This document shows, in pieces, positions 31,997-44,700 of a stretch of 64,000 nucleotides of DNA. The notes below the pieces were generated by a model. That model saw only the letters and a program-made list of their open reading frames with translations. It made no database searches and was not told the DNA's origin. How positions within the stretch are numbered: position 1 is the first letter of the stretch; each line of letters starts with the position of its first letter. The DNA lies in the NCBI RefSeq assembly GCF_009914755.1, contig NC_060930.1; one strand, 5' to 3'. The translations under genes were made by a program, and so were the position numbers. This DNA comes from the human T2T-CHM13v2.0 reference genome, Homo sapiens.

Positions 31997-32559
31997 TTTT
32001 CCAGGTGCTGTCTGTCACCCCTTTCTTTGACTAGGAAAGGGAACTCCCTGACCCCTTGCACTTCCCGAGTGAGGCAATGCCTCGCCCTCCTTCAGCTCGC
32101 ACGTGCTGCACTGCACCCACTGTCCTGCGCCCACTGTCTGGCACTCCCTAGTGAGATGAACCCAGTACTTCAGATGGAAATGCAGAACTCACCCGTTTTC
32201 TGCATCGCTCATGCTGGGAGCTGTAGACTGGAGCTGTTCCTATTCGACCATCTTGGCTCCATCCCCCTGATTCTGTCGGGGACACCCTTCTGTAGGTGTT
32301 TCTTCTAGCATGGTTAAGTGGGGTGACAATGACAAAACAATGTACACTATATTCATATCCAGCAAGGACAAAAGAGGTCCTTACCTGGGATAAAGGTTGA
32401 GCATAGTGACAGAACATTAGTAAAACAGTATACGGGAATACCACTAGTCCTAAGAAGATTTCTAACTACATTACTTGCTTGATGAGTCCTTAAGCTTCGG
32501 CCGTGCATAGACTAGTCAGCTTCTGGTGTGTGTCTACAACAGAGCTTGTTGTTTCCTTA

Positions 32560-33630
32560 AGTTTCAGCTGTGTATAGACTGGTCAGCCTCCGGAGTGACC
32601 AGAGCAGGGCTTTCACCCTCAGCAGCAGCTTGGTCTCATCTCAGGATCAGCCAGGTTGGGTGATCTGGGTCCTGCTAGCTGGTTCACTTGTCCTGAGCTG
32701 CTGGTTTTAGCTGACTGTGGTGGATCCAAGACACAACACCTGCAACTTTAACAGCAGTGGGAGTGGGGAGTGGACAAGGTTAAAATATAGGGCCCATCCT
32801 ATGTGGATTGTAGAGAAATTAGATTCTACTTTTTAACCTGAACAGAGTCACCAGATTTAAAGGGATGTGAGGCTTACACGCATTTTCATGTACCTAATTA
32901 TGAACACTTTGTATGGCTATTCCTAAAGCCTGCATTTGCTTTCTTAAGGCTAATTTCCCTAGTTCCTGGGGGTCACCTTTAATTTGAGCTATGATTTGGG
33001 GGTGGCTGACCAAACAAAATCTTATAGAGCAAATACCCAGTTTATTTGGTGGGGGTGCACCTGACTCGGAGGAGGACCATAGGCAAAAACCTGATGCTAT
33101 CTCTAATGAATTTCCTGGCAATATTTCTTCAGTAGCTGCTTGAGTGTCCAGTTCATACGTTCTACCTTTTCCTGAACTTTGCAGCTGATACGCTGTATGT
33201 AACTTTCATTTTATTTTTAACAGTCTTGTTAAATTTTGCAGTATTTCAGCTACAAATGCTGGCCCATTGTCTGAATATAAAGTTAGAGGCAGTCCAAACC
33301 TGGGGATAATGTTTTTTAACCGTACTTTAGTCACTTCTTGTACTTTTTCTGTCCTGGTGGGGAAAGCTTCAACCTGCCCTGAAAAGGTGCAATCAAGCAC
33401 TAGCATGTACCAGTAGCTGGCACGGGGCAGTTCTGTAAAGTCTATAAGCAAGTTTTCACAAGGCATGGCTCCTCCTCCTGTTCAGTTTCCCAGAGGAGGG
33501 GTTCTTTTTCTCCTCTTTTGTAACTCCATCTAGTGGCTTAGCCATCAGTGAGAAACTGGAATCCAGATATAGCAGAATCCTGCTGCTTTTAACTTCTAAT
33601 GTGACTGTGGGCTCCTGAAAGCCTAATGAG
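32560..33630 (-). pseudogene. pol: ERV pol remnant: short RT fragment joined to integrase
   Basis: ORF 33206-33466 LLIDFTELP...VEAFPTRTEK...IIPRFGLPLTLYSDNGPAFVA (integrase core D...D). RT-thumb-like AAGFC..WI...MAKPLDGVTK near 33500-33590. Confidence 0.85.
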
Positions 33631-33639
33631 AAGGTGCTC

Positions 33640-35293
33640 GGTCTGTCCAAGTCCTTACATCCTTCAGCTTCTGCCAGCCTGATCAGATCAGTATTTGGTT
33701 TCTCCAAGGTGTGGCAGCCCTTGGCCAATGGCCTCTTTGTCTCGTGGCCTTGGCCATTTCCCTCATTGCCTTCTGAACATTCATCCTTCCAGTGTCCTTT
33801 CTTTTTTCATCTCACACATTAATCTCTTTCTAGCCTTGTCCTGCTCTTGAATCCTTGCCTAACTTGACTTCTTCCACCTCTATGTCTGTGTCCACTGTGT
33901 TCTTTCACATTGCTAATCTCTCTTTCTATAATAGCTGTTGCCAACAATTGACCTTTTTCTTAAGCCTTCAATTTACTTTCCTTTTTCCTTCCTGAGTTCT
34001 CCTGCTCCTGCAGCCAGCCAGTGGGGCTGGGCATTGGCACGGGCCCTGCCCCTGCACACTGCCATCTGTCTCTCCTGTTTCTTTCTGATTTCCCTTTTAC
34101 TTTCTTCTTTCCTTTCTCACACTTACTCTTACTTTCTCCTTTCCTTCTTCCTTGCTCTTCTCCTGGCGTCGGTTCCCAGGCCCCTCTTTTTCCAGATAAA
34201 GCTGGGCTGGGGAGAGGGACTTAACCCTTGGCATGCCTAGCTGCTGTGCTTGTTGCTTTTGCTCTTTCCCATTTTGTTCCCTGGTCACAGTTAACATACA
34301 CCTTTGTGGCCACTTTTATAGACTGGGTGGTATTCATGCCTGCAACTTCTGCTTGATGTCACCCTGGGCTTGCCCTACAAATGAAGTATTTACCATATGC
34401 TGATGTTCAGCAGAGTTAAATGGGGTGTAAAGCCAGAATGCTTCACAGAATACCTCATAAAACTGACTTAGGCTCTCGTCAGCTCCCTGAAGCACTTCTG
34501 AAATCTTCCTTATATTAATTGCTTTCCTTCTACCAACTCTTAGCCCCTGCAGAAGTGCCTCTAGCTAACTCTGCAAATGCTGGAGCTGAGTTGCATCCTC
34601 TGGGTCCCAGGTGGGAACCTGGTCATCATAACAGATAAGTCCTTGCATCTTCCTGAGAGGCATTTGCATAGCTTGAGCACAGCCAGATCTGAGACGGCCC
34701 ACTTGACTCTCTTGACTTCTTTCCGTGGCCTCTCGGGGCTCTGATCCTCCCTTTCGAGGTGAGATCTGGGGGGTGTTAGCTCCTGAATCTGTTTCCTGGG
34801 GGGCTGTTGGTCTTGGTAAAAGGGGGGTAGGCTGGGACGTATGGAGAAAGAATTTCTGTTACCTCTGGAGGCTCCTGTAAAACTGGCTTCTCTTGCTCTC
34901 TCTGGGATTCTCCCTTTAACTCTGTGTCTGCTGGCAAAGCTGCTCTTACTTTCACTTTTGGCTTTTTTGCTATAAGCCATTAAACAGGGCTGGATCTATG
35001 CCAGTTTTGTCTGTATTGTATTTAACCATGAGTCAACATAAAGGAATTTATCTGGGTACACTGGCTGTCCTCTGACCCCTGCCACCACCTTAAATACATG
35101 GCCAATTGTTCCTTGTCTATAGTTCCTTCGGTCGGCCATCCAACACCAAAAGTGGGCCATTCTAATTCACAGAGAGTTCTCAACCTCTTAGGGGTTAACT
35201 TAACTGTATAATCCCCTGCAAAACCTTTCTTAAGGTTCCGTAACATGCACTCTAGTAGAGTAAGTTTTGATGTTTTGATGACTTTCCTCCCAT
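33640..35293 (-). pseudogene. gag: ERV gag remnant (MA, partial CA, NC)
   Basis: ATG GGA GGA AAG at 35293; MA-like LECMLRNLKKGFAGDYTVKLTPKRLRTLCELEWPTFGVGWPTEGTID. Degenerate zinc knuckle CVR*KKKGHWKDEC near 33775-33820. Confidence 0.82.
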
Positions 35294-35608
35294 TCCTCCT
35301 TTTACGACACAGCACATTCACTCTTGCACACTCACCCTCTCGTTTTGGCCGGTTACACCGTCTCCTATTATGGGATTTTTCAGATGCTGCTTGACTTTGG
35401 AGAGGTTCTTATTCCTACTACAACTCTGACCTGTAGGGCAGCTCCTATTAGCTGTATGCAGATTTCCACTAGTCTTAGTCAGCCCCACACTTTCTTGGAG
35501 CACACAGTCCACATTAAGATCTGTGACTCCCCACTTTGCAGCTGATGAGCCTAATTAGGTCCCTGCATTCACACACTTTCACACACTTTTAGTTCTCATG
35601 TTTGCAAT

Positions 35609-35757
35609 CGGGGTGGTGAGCCACTCTTGCCCCCTCTAGTTTTGCAGTTGGGGTGGCAAGCCACTCTTGCCACCTCCAGTTCCCAGTTGGGGTGGAGAGC
35701 CACTCTTGCCACCTCTAGTTCCCAGTTGGGGTGGCACGCCACTCTCACCACCTCCAG
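35609..35757. repeat. ~39-bp tandem repeat (about 4 copies) in the ERV leader
   Basis: Unit ggggtggcaagccactcttgccacctccagttcccagtt repeated with variants. Confidence 0.9.
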
Positions 35758-36151
35758 ATTACTAGCTGACTTAGTGAGCCACTCTCGTGTCCTGTGTCGG
35801 TGGGGTGTGAGTTTCATCTGAATTGGTGAGTCACTCTCATCACCCCCAGCCCCTGTGGGTCAAACTATTCAGCACACCCCAGGAGGTGATCAGGCTCCCC
35901 TTCTGTCCAAGGGATGGGTCCTGCCTTAGGCCTCCAAAACCTTACCGCAGTTCCTGAAGCATGCTGTTTTTGAATTCATCCTGTAGTCTCTCTTTAGGTT
36001 CCATGGTGCTGCTGGGTAGGGGCACTGGGTCAGGGGAGAGCTGATCTCCCTTCTGGGCTGAAGTCCTCCCGGTGGTGCCTGGGGTCACAGGTTTCCTGAG
36101 GCCCGTGCTCCAACCCCAGAGGCAAAGGAGACAGTAAGCCTGCTGTCTCCA

Positions 36152-36169
36152 TTCACTTCGTGGTCACCA
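36152..36169 (-). promoter_or_regulatory. Primer binding site complementary to tRNA-Arg(TCG)
   Basis: Minus strand TGGTGACCACGAAGTGAA directly after the 5' LTR, versus expected TGGCGACCACGAAGGGAC. Confidence 0.85.
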
Positions 36170-36173
36170 AAAA

Positions 36174-36773
36174 TGTTGTAAACTGAGGAATGGTGAGACC
36201 AATACCGAGTACAGGAGGATTTGTTTATTTTAGGCACACACTGGCTCAGAGGATTCACGTCCAAAAGCTGATCCCTGAACAAAGACAGAGTGGGGTTTTT
36301 ATAAGCGGCCTTACAGAAGCAAAATAAAAGCAGTAGCAAAATAAAAGCAGTTAATCATACAGTAATAGGTCACATAATCTATAGCATAACATTAACTTGT
36401 GACCTAGCCTGTGGCCTTGTAGCTGCATTAAAAGAAAAACAAGAGCTGGCTAAATACAGATATTTGTAAAACCTAATCATGCTATTCATGCTTAAGAAGC
36501 CTGGAAAAAGAGTACCATAAAAGAACCTTTCTCTTTATTTTCTTTCAGCCTTGCTCTGGAAGGGAGGGGGTGTGTCTGCAGCCTATTTTTTTGGCCTTGG
36601 CTATTCCAACAGAGTTATCATCTAACTGTCCTTGAAATGAGCTGCTAGGTGAAGGAAAACTTGTTCTTTTTTTTTAACCTTTGCCTTGCCACATTCTGGG
36701 CCTTAGCTTTTACTTTTCTTGGAGTGAATAAATGCAGTACTTATTATTATTATTATTTTAAATTTCTGCCTCA
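36174..36773 (-). repeat. 5' LTR of the ERV3-like provirus
   Basis: Direct repeat of 23412-24013; adjacent to the PBS. Confidence 0.93.
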
Positions 36774-37592
36774 TGGCAACTACTATTTTTTCTGTATCTA
36801 TGAATTTGACTACTCTAGACACCTCCTATAAGGGGAATCATAAAGTATTTGTCTCTTTGTATCTGGCTTATTTCACATAGCATAATGTCCTCAAGGTGCA
36901 TCCAAGTTGTAGCATGTATTAGCATTTACCTCCTTGAGGCTGAATAATATTCAATTGTATGCATGTACCACATTTTGCTTATCCATTTAGTACTCAATAA
37001 ACACTTGGGTCATTTCTATGTTTTAGCTATTTAGAATAATGCTGCTATTAACATGGGGGTACAAATATCTCTCAAAGTCCCTGCTTTCATTTTTTTGAGT
37101 ATATAGCCAGAAATGGATTCACTGGATTACATGGTAACTCTGTTTTTGATTTTTCAAAGTTATTGCCATGCTGTTTTCCACAGTGGCTGTACTATTTTAC
37201 TTTCTGAGCAGCAGCGCACAAGGGTTTCAACTTTTCCACTTCCTTACTAATATTTGTTATTTTCTTTTTCTTTTTAATATTAACAACCCTAATGGAAGTG
37301 AAGTGTTATCTTGCAGTTTTGACTTGCATTTCCCTAATGATTAATGACGTTGAATATCTTTGCTATTTGTGTGTCTCCTTTGGAGAAATGTCCATGCAAA
37401 TCCTTTGTCTATTTTTGAATAAGGTTATTTGTTTTCTTTTATTGCTGTTGAGTTTTAGGAGTTCTCTATATATTCTGGATATTAATCTCATATTAGATAC
37501 ACGAGTTGCAAATATTTCCTCTCATTGTGTACATTGCCCTTTTACTTTGTTAATATAGTCTTTTGATTTAAAGACATTTAAAATTATTCTTG

Positions 37593-38603
37593 GGCAGTTT
37601 CCCTCAGCTTTGTCTGACGGAAGCTGCTGGGCTTCTGCTTCCAGCTGGAGGAGGGTGAGGCATTGCCAATAGTGGCCAGGCATCCAGTGCTGGTAGCCTG
37701 CATCTGTGCCCCACCCGCAGCACCCTGAGCCCACTATTTCTGCCGTAGGCAGCCCAACCAGCGGCCGAGATGTAGGCCATCAAGTATGTGGTGGTGGGAG
37801 ATGGAGCTGTAGGGAAAACTTACCAACTCATCAGTGATCAGCTATACAACCTGGAGAATATATCCCTATTGTCTTTGACAATCACTATGCCAGTGTTATG
37901 TTAAATGGGAAACCGGTGAATCTGGGTGTATGAGATACAAGTGGACAAGAAGATTACACAGGTGGACAGATTATGACCCCCACCCCCGTTCCTATCCACA
38001 AACAGATGAATTCTTAATTTGCTTTTCCCTTGTGAGTCCTGCGTCATTAGAAAATGTCCATGCCAAGTGGTGTCCTGAAGTGCAGCACCATTGTCACAAC
38101 ACTCCCATCATCCTTGTGGGAACTAAACTTGATCTTAGTGAGAGAAATACAAGACTGAAACACTGAAGAAGAAGAAGCAGACTTCCATCACCTAACGGCA
38201 GGGTTTAGGTACTGTAAAATACCTGGAGTGTTCAACCAGGCCTCAAAATAGTGTTTGACGAAGCTATGCAAGCCGTTTTCTCCTGACCTCCCTTGAAGTA
38301 GAGGAAGAGAAAATGCCTGCTCTTGTCGATATCCGAGCCCCTTGTTCTTGGTCCTGTCACTGGAACTTTTGTTAAAAAACAGCAAAACAAAACAAAATAA
38401 AAAACAAAACAAAACAACAACTAAAAACCCCAAAGCACAAAAAAACCTGTGGAGCCTTTGCACCCAGTACCGAGTTTTTGTTACAAATCATTTTTTCCAT
38501 AAAAGCATTTTGAATCAATCAGTAATTTTAAGGGTTTTCTTGTTGTAAATGTGGAGTTTAGATTCACATTCTATTAAAATGTAGTCCTAAAATTGAAAAA
38601 AAA
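37593..38603 (+). pseudogene. RAC1P: RAC1 processed pseudogene (5'UTR, CDS about 37770-38328, short 3'UTR, poly(A) remnant)
   Basis: M*AIKYVVVGDGAVGKT at 37770; [42 protein letters not shown]; ends RKRKCLLL. Intronless, with stops and frameshifts. ATTAAA near 38573 followed by an A-run. Confidence 0.95.
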
Positions 38604-39734
38604 GTTCAAGAGTTTTGCCTATTTTTTCTTTAGTTTCCTGTGCTTTTGGTGTCATATCCAAGAAATTGTTGCCAAATCCAATGCCATGAAGCTTTTGTCT
38701 TATGGTTTTTTCTAAGAGTTTATAGTTTTAGGTGTTACATTTCAGTCTTTGATCAATTTTGAGTTATTTTTTGTATATGATATTAGGTAAAAGTGCAACC
38801 TCATTCTTTTGCAAGTGGATATCCAGTTTTCTAAGCAGCGTTTGTTGAAAAGAATGTCTTTTCTCTCTTGAATGGTCTTGGCACCCTTGTGAAAATCATT
38901 AGACCTTAAATGTGAGAGTTTATTTCTGGGTATCCTCTTCTATTTGATTGGTCTACATATCTATCTTTATGCCAATATTACATTGTTTCTTTTTTCTTTT
39001 TCTTTTCTTTTTTTACTGACCCATTGGTAGACATACACTTTTAATTACCGTAGCTTTGTAGTAAGTTTTGAACTCAGGTAAATCCTCTGGGTTTGTTCTT
39101 CTACATGATTGTTTAGGCTATTCACAGCCCCTTGAAATTATTCATAAATTTTAGAATGGATTTTTCTATTTCTGCCAAAAAGTCATTGGGATTTTGATAG
39201 AGATTGTACTAAAATTGTAGATTGCTATGGTAGTATTGAGATCTTAACAATATTTAGTCTTCCAATTCATGAACATAGGATGTTGTTCCATTTATTTATA
39301 TTTCCTTTAATTTCTTTGGAAATATTTTACAGTCCTTGACTTTCTTGGTTAAGTTAATTTTGAAGTACTTTATTCTTTTTGATGCTACTGGAAATAGAAT
39401 TGTTTTCTTAATTTCCTTTTCAAATTGTTCATTGTTAGTGTATAGAATTTGTAACACACAGATTTTGGTGTGTTCTCTCTGTATTCTACTACTTTGCTGA
39501 ATTAATTTAATTAGTTCTAAAATTTTTTTGTTGAATCTTTGGGTCTTTCTACATGTAAGATTCTATCATCCATGAACAGAGATAATTTTGTTTCCTTTCT
39601 GATTTGGATGACTTTTATTTATCTTGCTTACTTGCTCTGGCTAGGACTTCCATTGTTATGTTGAAGAAGTGGTGAAAGTGACACCCTTGCTTTGCTGTAT
39701 GTTTTTAACATAGGCTTGTATTATATTGAGATAG

Positions 39735-40093
<359 letters not shown>

Positions 40094-41016
40094 AATTTTG
40101 TAATTTTTCTGCTTTGAGATTATGTGTTTTTTTCCCTTCTTTTTGTTGATGTGATTATTACACTGATCAATTTTCATATGTTGAACCATCCTTTCGTTCA
40201 AGAAATAAATTTCGCTTGATTAGAGTGTACAATCCTTTTAATATGCTCAATTTGGTTTGCTAGCATTTTGTTGGTGATTTTTGCATCAATGTTTACATGG
40301 GATATCTGTAGTTTTCTTATAGTGTCTTTGTCTGGCTTTGGTGTTAGATTAATGCTGGCCTCTTAAAAAGAGGATTATTTTCTTCTCTTCAATTTTTTTG
40401 AAAAATCTTGAGAAAGACTGGCATCAGTTCTTTAATGTTTGCTATAATTTACCAGTGAAGCCATTAGGTTCATGACCTTTCTTTGTTAAGAGGTAATTGA
40501 TTACTGATTCAATTTTCTTACTATTTATAGAGCTATTCAGATTTTTTTGTTTCTTCATTGCTTAGTTGGTAGGTTTTGTTTCCAGGGACTTGTTCATTTC
40601 ATTTAGGTTATCCAATTTGTTCTCATACAGTTGTCCATAGTACTCTCATATTCCATTTTATTTCTGTAGAATGAATAGTAATCTCCTTTCTATCATTTCT
40701 TATTTTAGTAATTTTGGCTTACTTTTTTTTTCTAGTCCATACAGTGAAAGTTTTGTCTTTTTTTTTTTTTTAAAGAGCCAACTTTCAGTTTTGTTGATTT
40801 TCAATTATTTTTCCATTCTCTATTTTGTTTATCTATGCTCTATTCTTTATTATTACCTTCCTTCTGATAGCTTTGAGTTTACTTTTTCTTCTTTTTCTGG
40901 TCTCTTAAATTGTAAAGTTAGGTTTTTTATTTCAGATCTTTCTTTTTTAATGTAAGCATTTATAGTCATAAATTCCTCTTTTAGCACTGTTTTTGCTGTG
41001 TTACATAAGTTTTGGT

Positions 41017-41215
41017 CCTTCCTTCTTTCCTCCCTCCCTCTCTCCCTCCCTCCCTCCCTTCCTTCCTTCTTCTCTCTCTTTCTTTTCTTTTCTCTTTTCT
41101 TTTCTTTTCTTTTCTTTCTCTCTCTCTCTCTCTCTCTCTCTTCCTTCCTTCCTTCCTTCCTTCCTTCCTTCCTTCCTTCCTTCCTTCCTTCCTTCCTTCC
41201 TTTCTTTTCTTTCCA
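41017..41215. repeat. Compound polypyrimidine microsatellite (TCCC/TTTTC/TC/TTCC)n derived from an Alu tail
   Basis: Directly visible, about 200 bp almost purely pyrimidine. Confidence 0.95.
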
Positions 41216-41472
41216 AACTGGAGTGCAGTGGTGCAATCACTGCTCACTGCAGCCTCAAACTCACTGGGCTTTGGTGATCATGCCGCCTCAGCCTTCCAAC
41301 TAGCTGGGACTACAGGCATGTTCCACCACACCCAACTAATTTTTGTATGTTTTTGTAGAGAAGGCCTTTTGTCACGTTGCCCAGGCTGGTCTTGAACTCC
41401 TGGGCTTAAGCAAACCACCTGCCTTGGACTCCCAAAGTGCTGGGATTACAGGCATGAGTCACTGCACCTGGC
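41216..41472 (-). mobile_element. Alu (AluJ-like)
   Basis: gctcactgcagcctcaaactc...tcctgggcttaagcaaaccacctgccttgg...ggcatgagtcactgcacctgg. Confidence 0.88.
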
Positions 41473-41491
41473 TTGTTTTCTTTATTTTCAT

Positions 41492-41494
<3 letters not shown>

Positions 41495-41560
<66 letters not shown>

Positions 41561-41770
41561 GGCTTGTATTATATTGAGATAGCTTCCTTCTATTCCTAGT
41601 TTGTTGAGTGTTTCTATCATAAAAAGGGTGTTAAATTTTGTAATTTTTTTTCTTTTTTTGAGACAGTGTCACTTTGTCACCCAGGCTACAGTGCAGTGGC
41701 ATGATCTCAGCTCACATATATATATATACATATATATATGTATATATGTATATGTATATATATACATATA
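41495..41770. repeat. (CT)n(TA)n microsatellite interrupted by a 160-bp templated copy (41556-41715)
   Basis: Directly visible; the insert matches 39708-39869. Confidence 0.92.
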
Positions 41771-44700
41771 ACTTTAAGTTCTGGGACACATGTGCAGAAC
41801 GTGCAGGTTTGTTACATAGGTATACACGTGCCATGGTGGTTTGCTGCACCCATCAACCTATCATCTACGTTAGGAATTTCTCCTAATGTTATCCCTCCCC
41901 TAGCCCCACACCCTCTGACAAGCCCCAGTGTGTGATGTTCCCCTCCCTGTGTTCATGTGTACTCATTGTTCAACTCCCACCTGTGAGTGAAAACAAGGCG
42001 GTGTTTGGTTTTCTGTTCTTGTGTTAGTTTGCAAAAAATGATGTTTTCTATCTTCATCCATGTCCCTGCAAAGAACATGAGCTCATCCTTTTTATGGCTG
42101 CATAGTATTCCATAGTGTATATGTGCCACATTTTCTTTATCCAGTCTATCAGTAATGGGCATTTGGGTTGGTACCAAGTCTTTGCTATTGTGAACAGTGC
42201 CACAATAAACATACATGTGCATGTACCTTTATAGTAGAATGATTTATAATCCTTTGAATATATACCCAGTAATGGGATTGCTGGGTCAAATGGTATATCT
42301 GGTTCTAGATCCTTGAGGAATTGCCACACTGTCTTCCAAAATGGTTGAACCAATTTACACTCTCACCAACAGTGTAAAAGCATGCCTATTTCTCCACATC
42401 CTCTCCAGCATCTGTTGTTTCCTGACTTTTTAATGATTGACATTCTAACTGATGTGAAATAGTATCTCATTGTGGTTTTGATTTACATTTCTCTAATGAC
42501 CAGTGATAATGAGCTTTTTTTCGTATATTTGTTGGCCACATAAATGTCTTCTTTTGAGAAGTGTCTGTTCATATACTCTGCCCACTTTTTAAAGAGGATA
42601 TTTGTTTTTCTCTTGTAAATCTGTTTAACTTCTTTCTAGATTCTGGATATTAGCCCTTTGTCAGATGGATAGATTGCAAAACTTTTCTCCCATTCTGTAG
42701 GTTGCGTGTTCACTCTGATGATAGTTTCTTTTGCTGTGCAGATGCTCTTCAGTTTAATTAGATCCCATTTGTCAATTTTGCCTCTGTTGCCATTGCTTTT
42801 GGTGTTTTAGTCTTGAAGTCTTTGCCCATGCCTATGCCCTGAATGGTATTGCTTAGATTTTCTTCTAGGGTTTTTATGGTTTTAGGTTTGACATTTAAGT
42901 CTTTAATCCATCTACAGTTGATTTTTGTATAAGATGTAAGGAAGGTGTCCAGTTTCAGTTTTCTGCATATGGATAGCCAGTTCTCCCAACACCATTTATT
43001 AATAGGGAATAATTTCCCCATTGAATGTTTTTGTCAAGTTTGTCAAAGATCAGATAGTTGTAGATGTGTGATGTTATTTCTGGGGTTTCCGTTCTGTTCC
43101 ATTGGTCTTATATCTGTTTTGGCACCAGTGCCATGCTGTTCTGGTTACTGTAGCCTTGTAGTATAATTTGAAGTCAGGTAGCATGATGCCTCCAGCTTTG
43201 ATCTTTTTGCTTAGGATTGTCTTGGCTATGAGGACTCTTTTTTGGTTCCATATGAACTTTAAATTAGTTTCTTCTAATTCTGTGAAGAAAGTCAATGGTA
43301 GCTTGATGGGGATAGCACTGAATCTATAAATTACTTTGGGCATTATGGCCATTTTCAGGATATTGATTTTTCCTATCCATGAGCATGGAATATTTTTCCA
43401 TTTGTTTGTGTTCTCTCTTATTTCCTTGAGCAGTGGTTTGTAGTTCTCCTTGAAGAGGTCCTTCACATCTTTTGTAAGTTGTATTCCTAGGTATTTTATT
43501 CTGTTTGTAGCAATTGTGAATGGGGGTTCACTCATGATTTGGCTGTTTGTCTATTATTGGTGTATAGGAATGCTTGTAATTTTTGCATATTGATTTTGTA
43601 TTCTGAGACTTTGTTGAAGTTGCTTATCTGCTTAAGGAGATTCTGGGCTGAGATGATGGGGTTTTCTAAATATACAATCCTGTCATCTGTAATGTAAACA
43701 GAGACAATTTGACTTCCTTTCTTTCTATTTGAATACCCTTTATTTCTTTTTCTTGCCTGATTGCCCTGGCCAGAACTTCCAATACTATGTTGAATAGGAG
43801 TGGTGAAAGAGGGCATCCTTGTGTTGTGCCAGTTTTCAAAGGGAATGCTTCCAGCTTTTGTCCATTCAGTATAATATTGGCTGTGAGTTTGTCATAAATA
43901 GCTTTTATTTTTTTGAGATACATTTCATACATACCCAGTTTATTGAGGATTTTTAGCATGAAGGGGTGTTGAATTTTATGGAACGTCTTTTCTGCATCTA
44001 CTGAGATAATCATGTGGTTTTTGTCATTGGTTCTGTTTATGTGATGGATTACATTTTTTGATTTGCATATGTTGAACCAGACTTGCATCCCAGCAATGAA
44101 GCGAACTTGATCGTTGTGCATAAGCTTTTCAATATGCTAGTCGATTCAGTTTGCCAATATTTTATTAAGGATTTTCACATCAATATTCATCAGGTATATT
44201 GGCCTGAAATTTCCTTGTTGTTTTCATATCTCTGCCAGGTTTTTGTGTCTGGATGATGCTGGCCTCATAAAATCAGTTATGGAGGAGTCTATTTTTTTTC
44301 TATTTTTTTGGAATAGTTTTAGAAGGAGTGGTACCAGCTCCTCTCTGTACTGCTGGTAGAATTCAGCTGTTAATCTCTCTGGTCTCAGACTATTTTTGTT
44401 GTTAGGCTATTAATTGCTTCCTCAATTTCAGAACTTGCTATTGGCCTATTCACGGATTTGACTTATTCCTGGTTTAGACTTGGGAGCGGGTGTGTGTCCA
44501 GGAGTTTATCCATTTCTTCTAGATTTTTTAGTTTATTTGCATAGAGGTGTTTATAGTATTCTCTGATGGGAGGTTTGTATTTCTGTAGGATCAGTGGTGA
44601 TATTCCCTATGTCATTTTTTATTGTGTGTATTTGATTCTTCTCTCCATCCTTCTTTATTAGGCTGGTCTATCTATTTTGTTGATCTTTTCAAAACACCAA

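Noticed and set aside
35609-35757. Regularly spaced ~39-bp repeats resembling a CRISPR array
   Set aside because: Head-to-tail units without unique spacers, in a retroviral leader in primate DNA.
37930-38166. 78-aa ORF as a functional small GTPase
   Set aside because: Internal fragment of a decayed RAC1 retrocopy lacking the P-loop and the CAAX end.
40853-41395. Low-complexity ORFs (RKEG and PSFL repeats)
   Set aside because: Translations of the (TTCC)n/(TC)n microsatellite and Alu.
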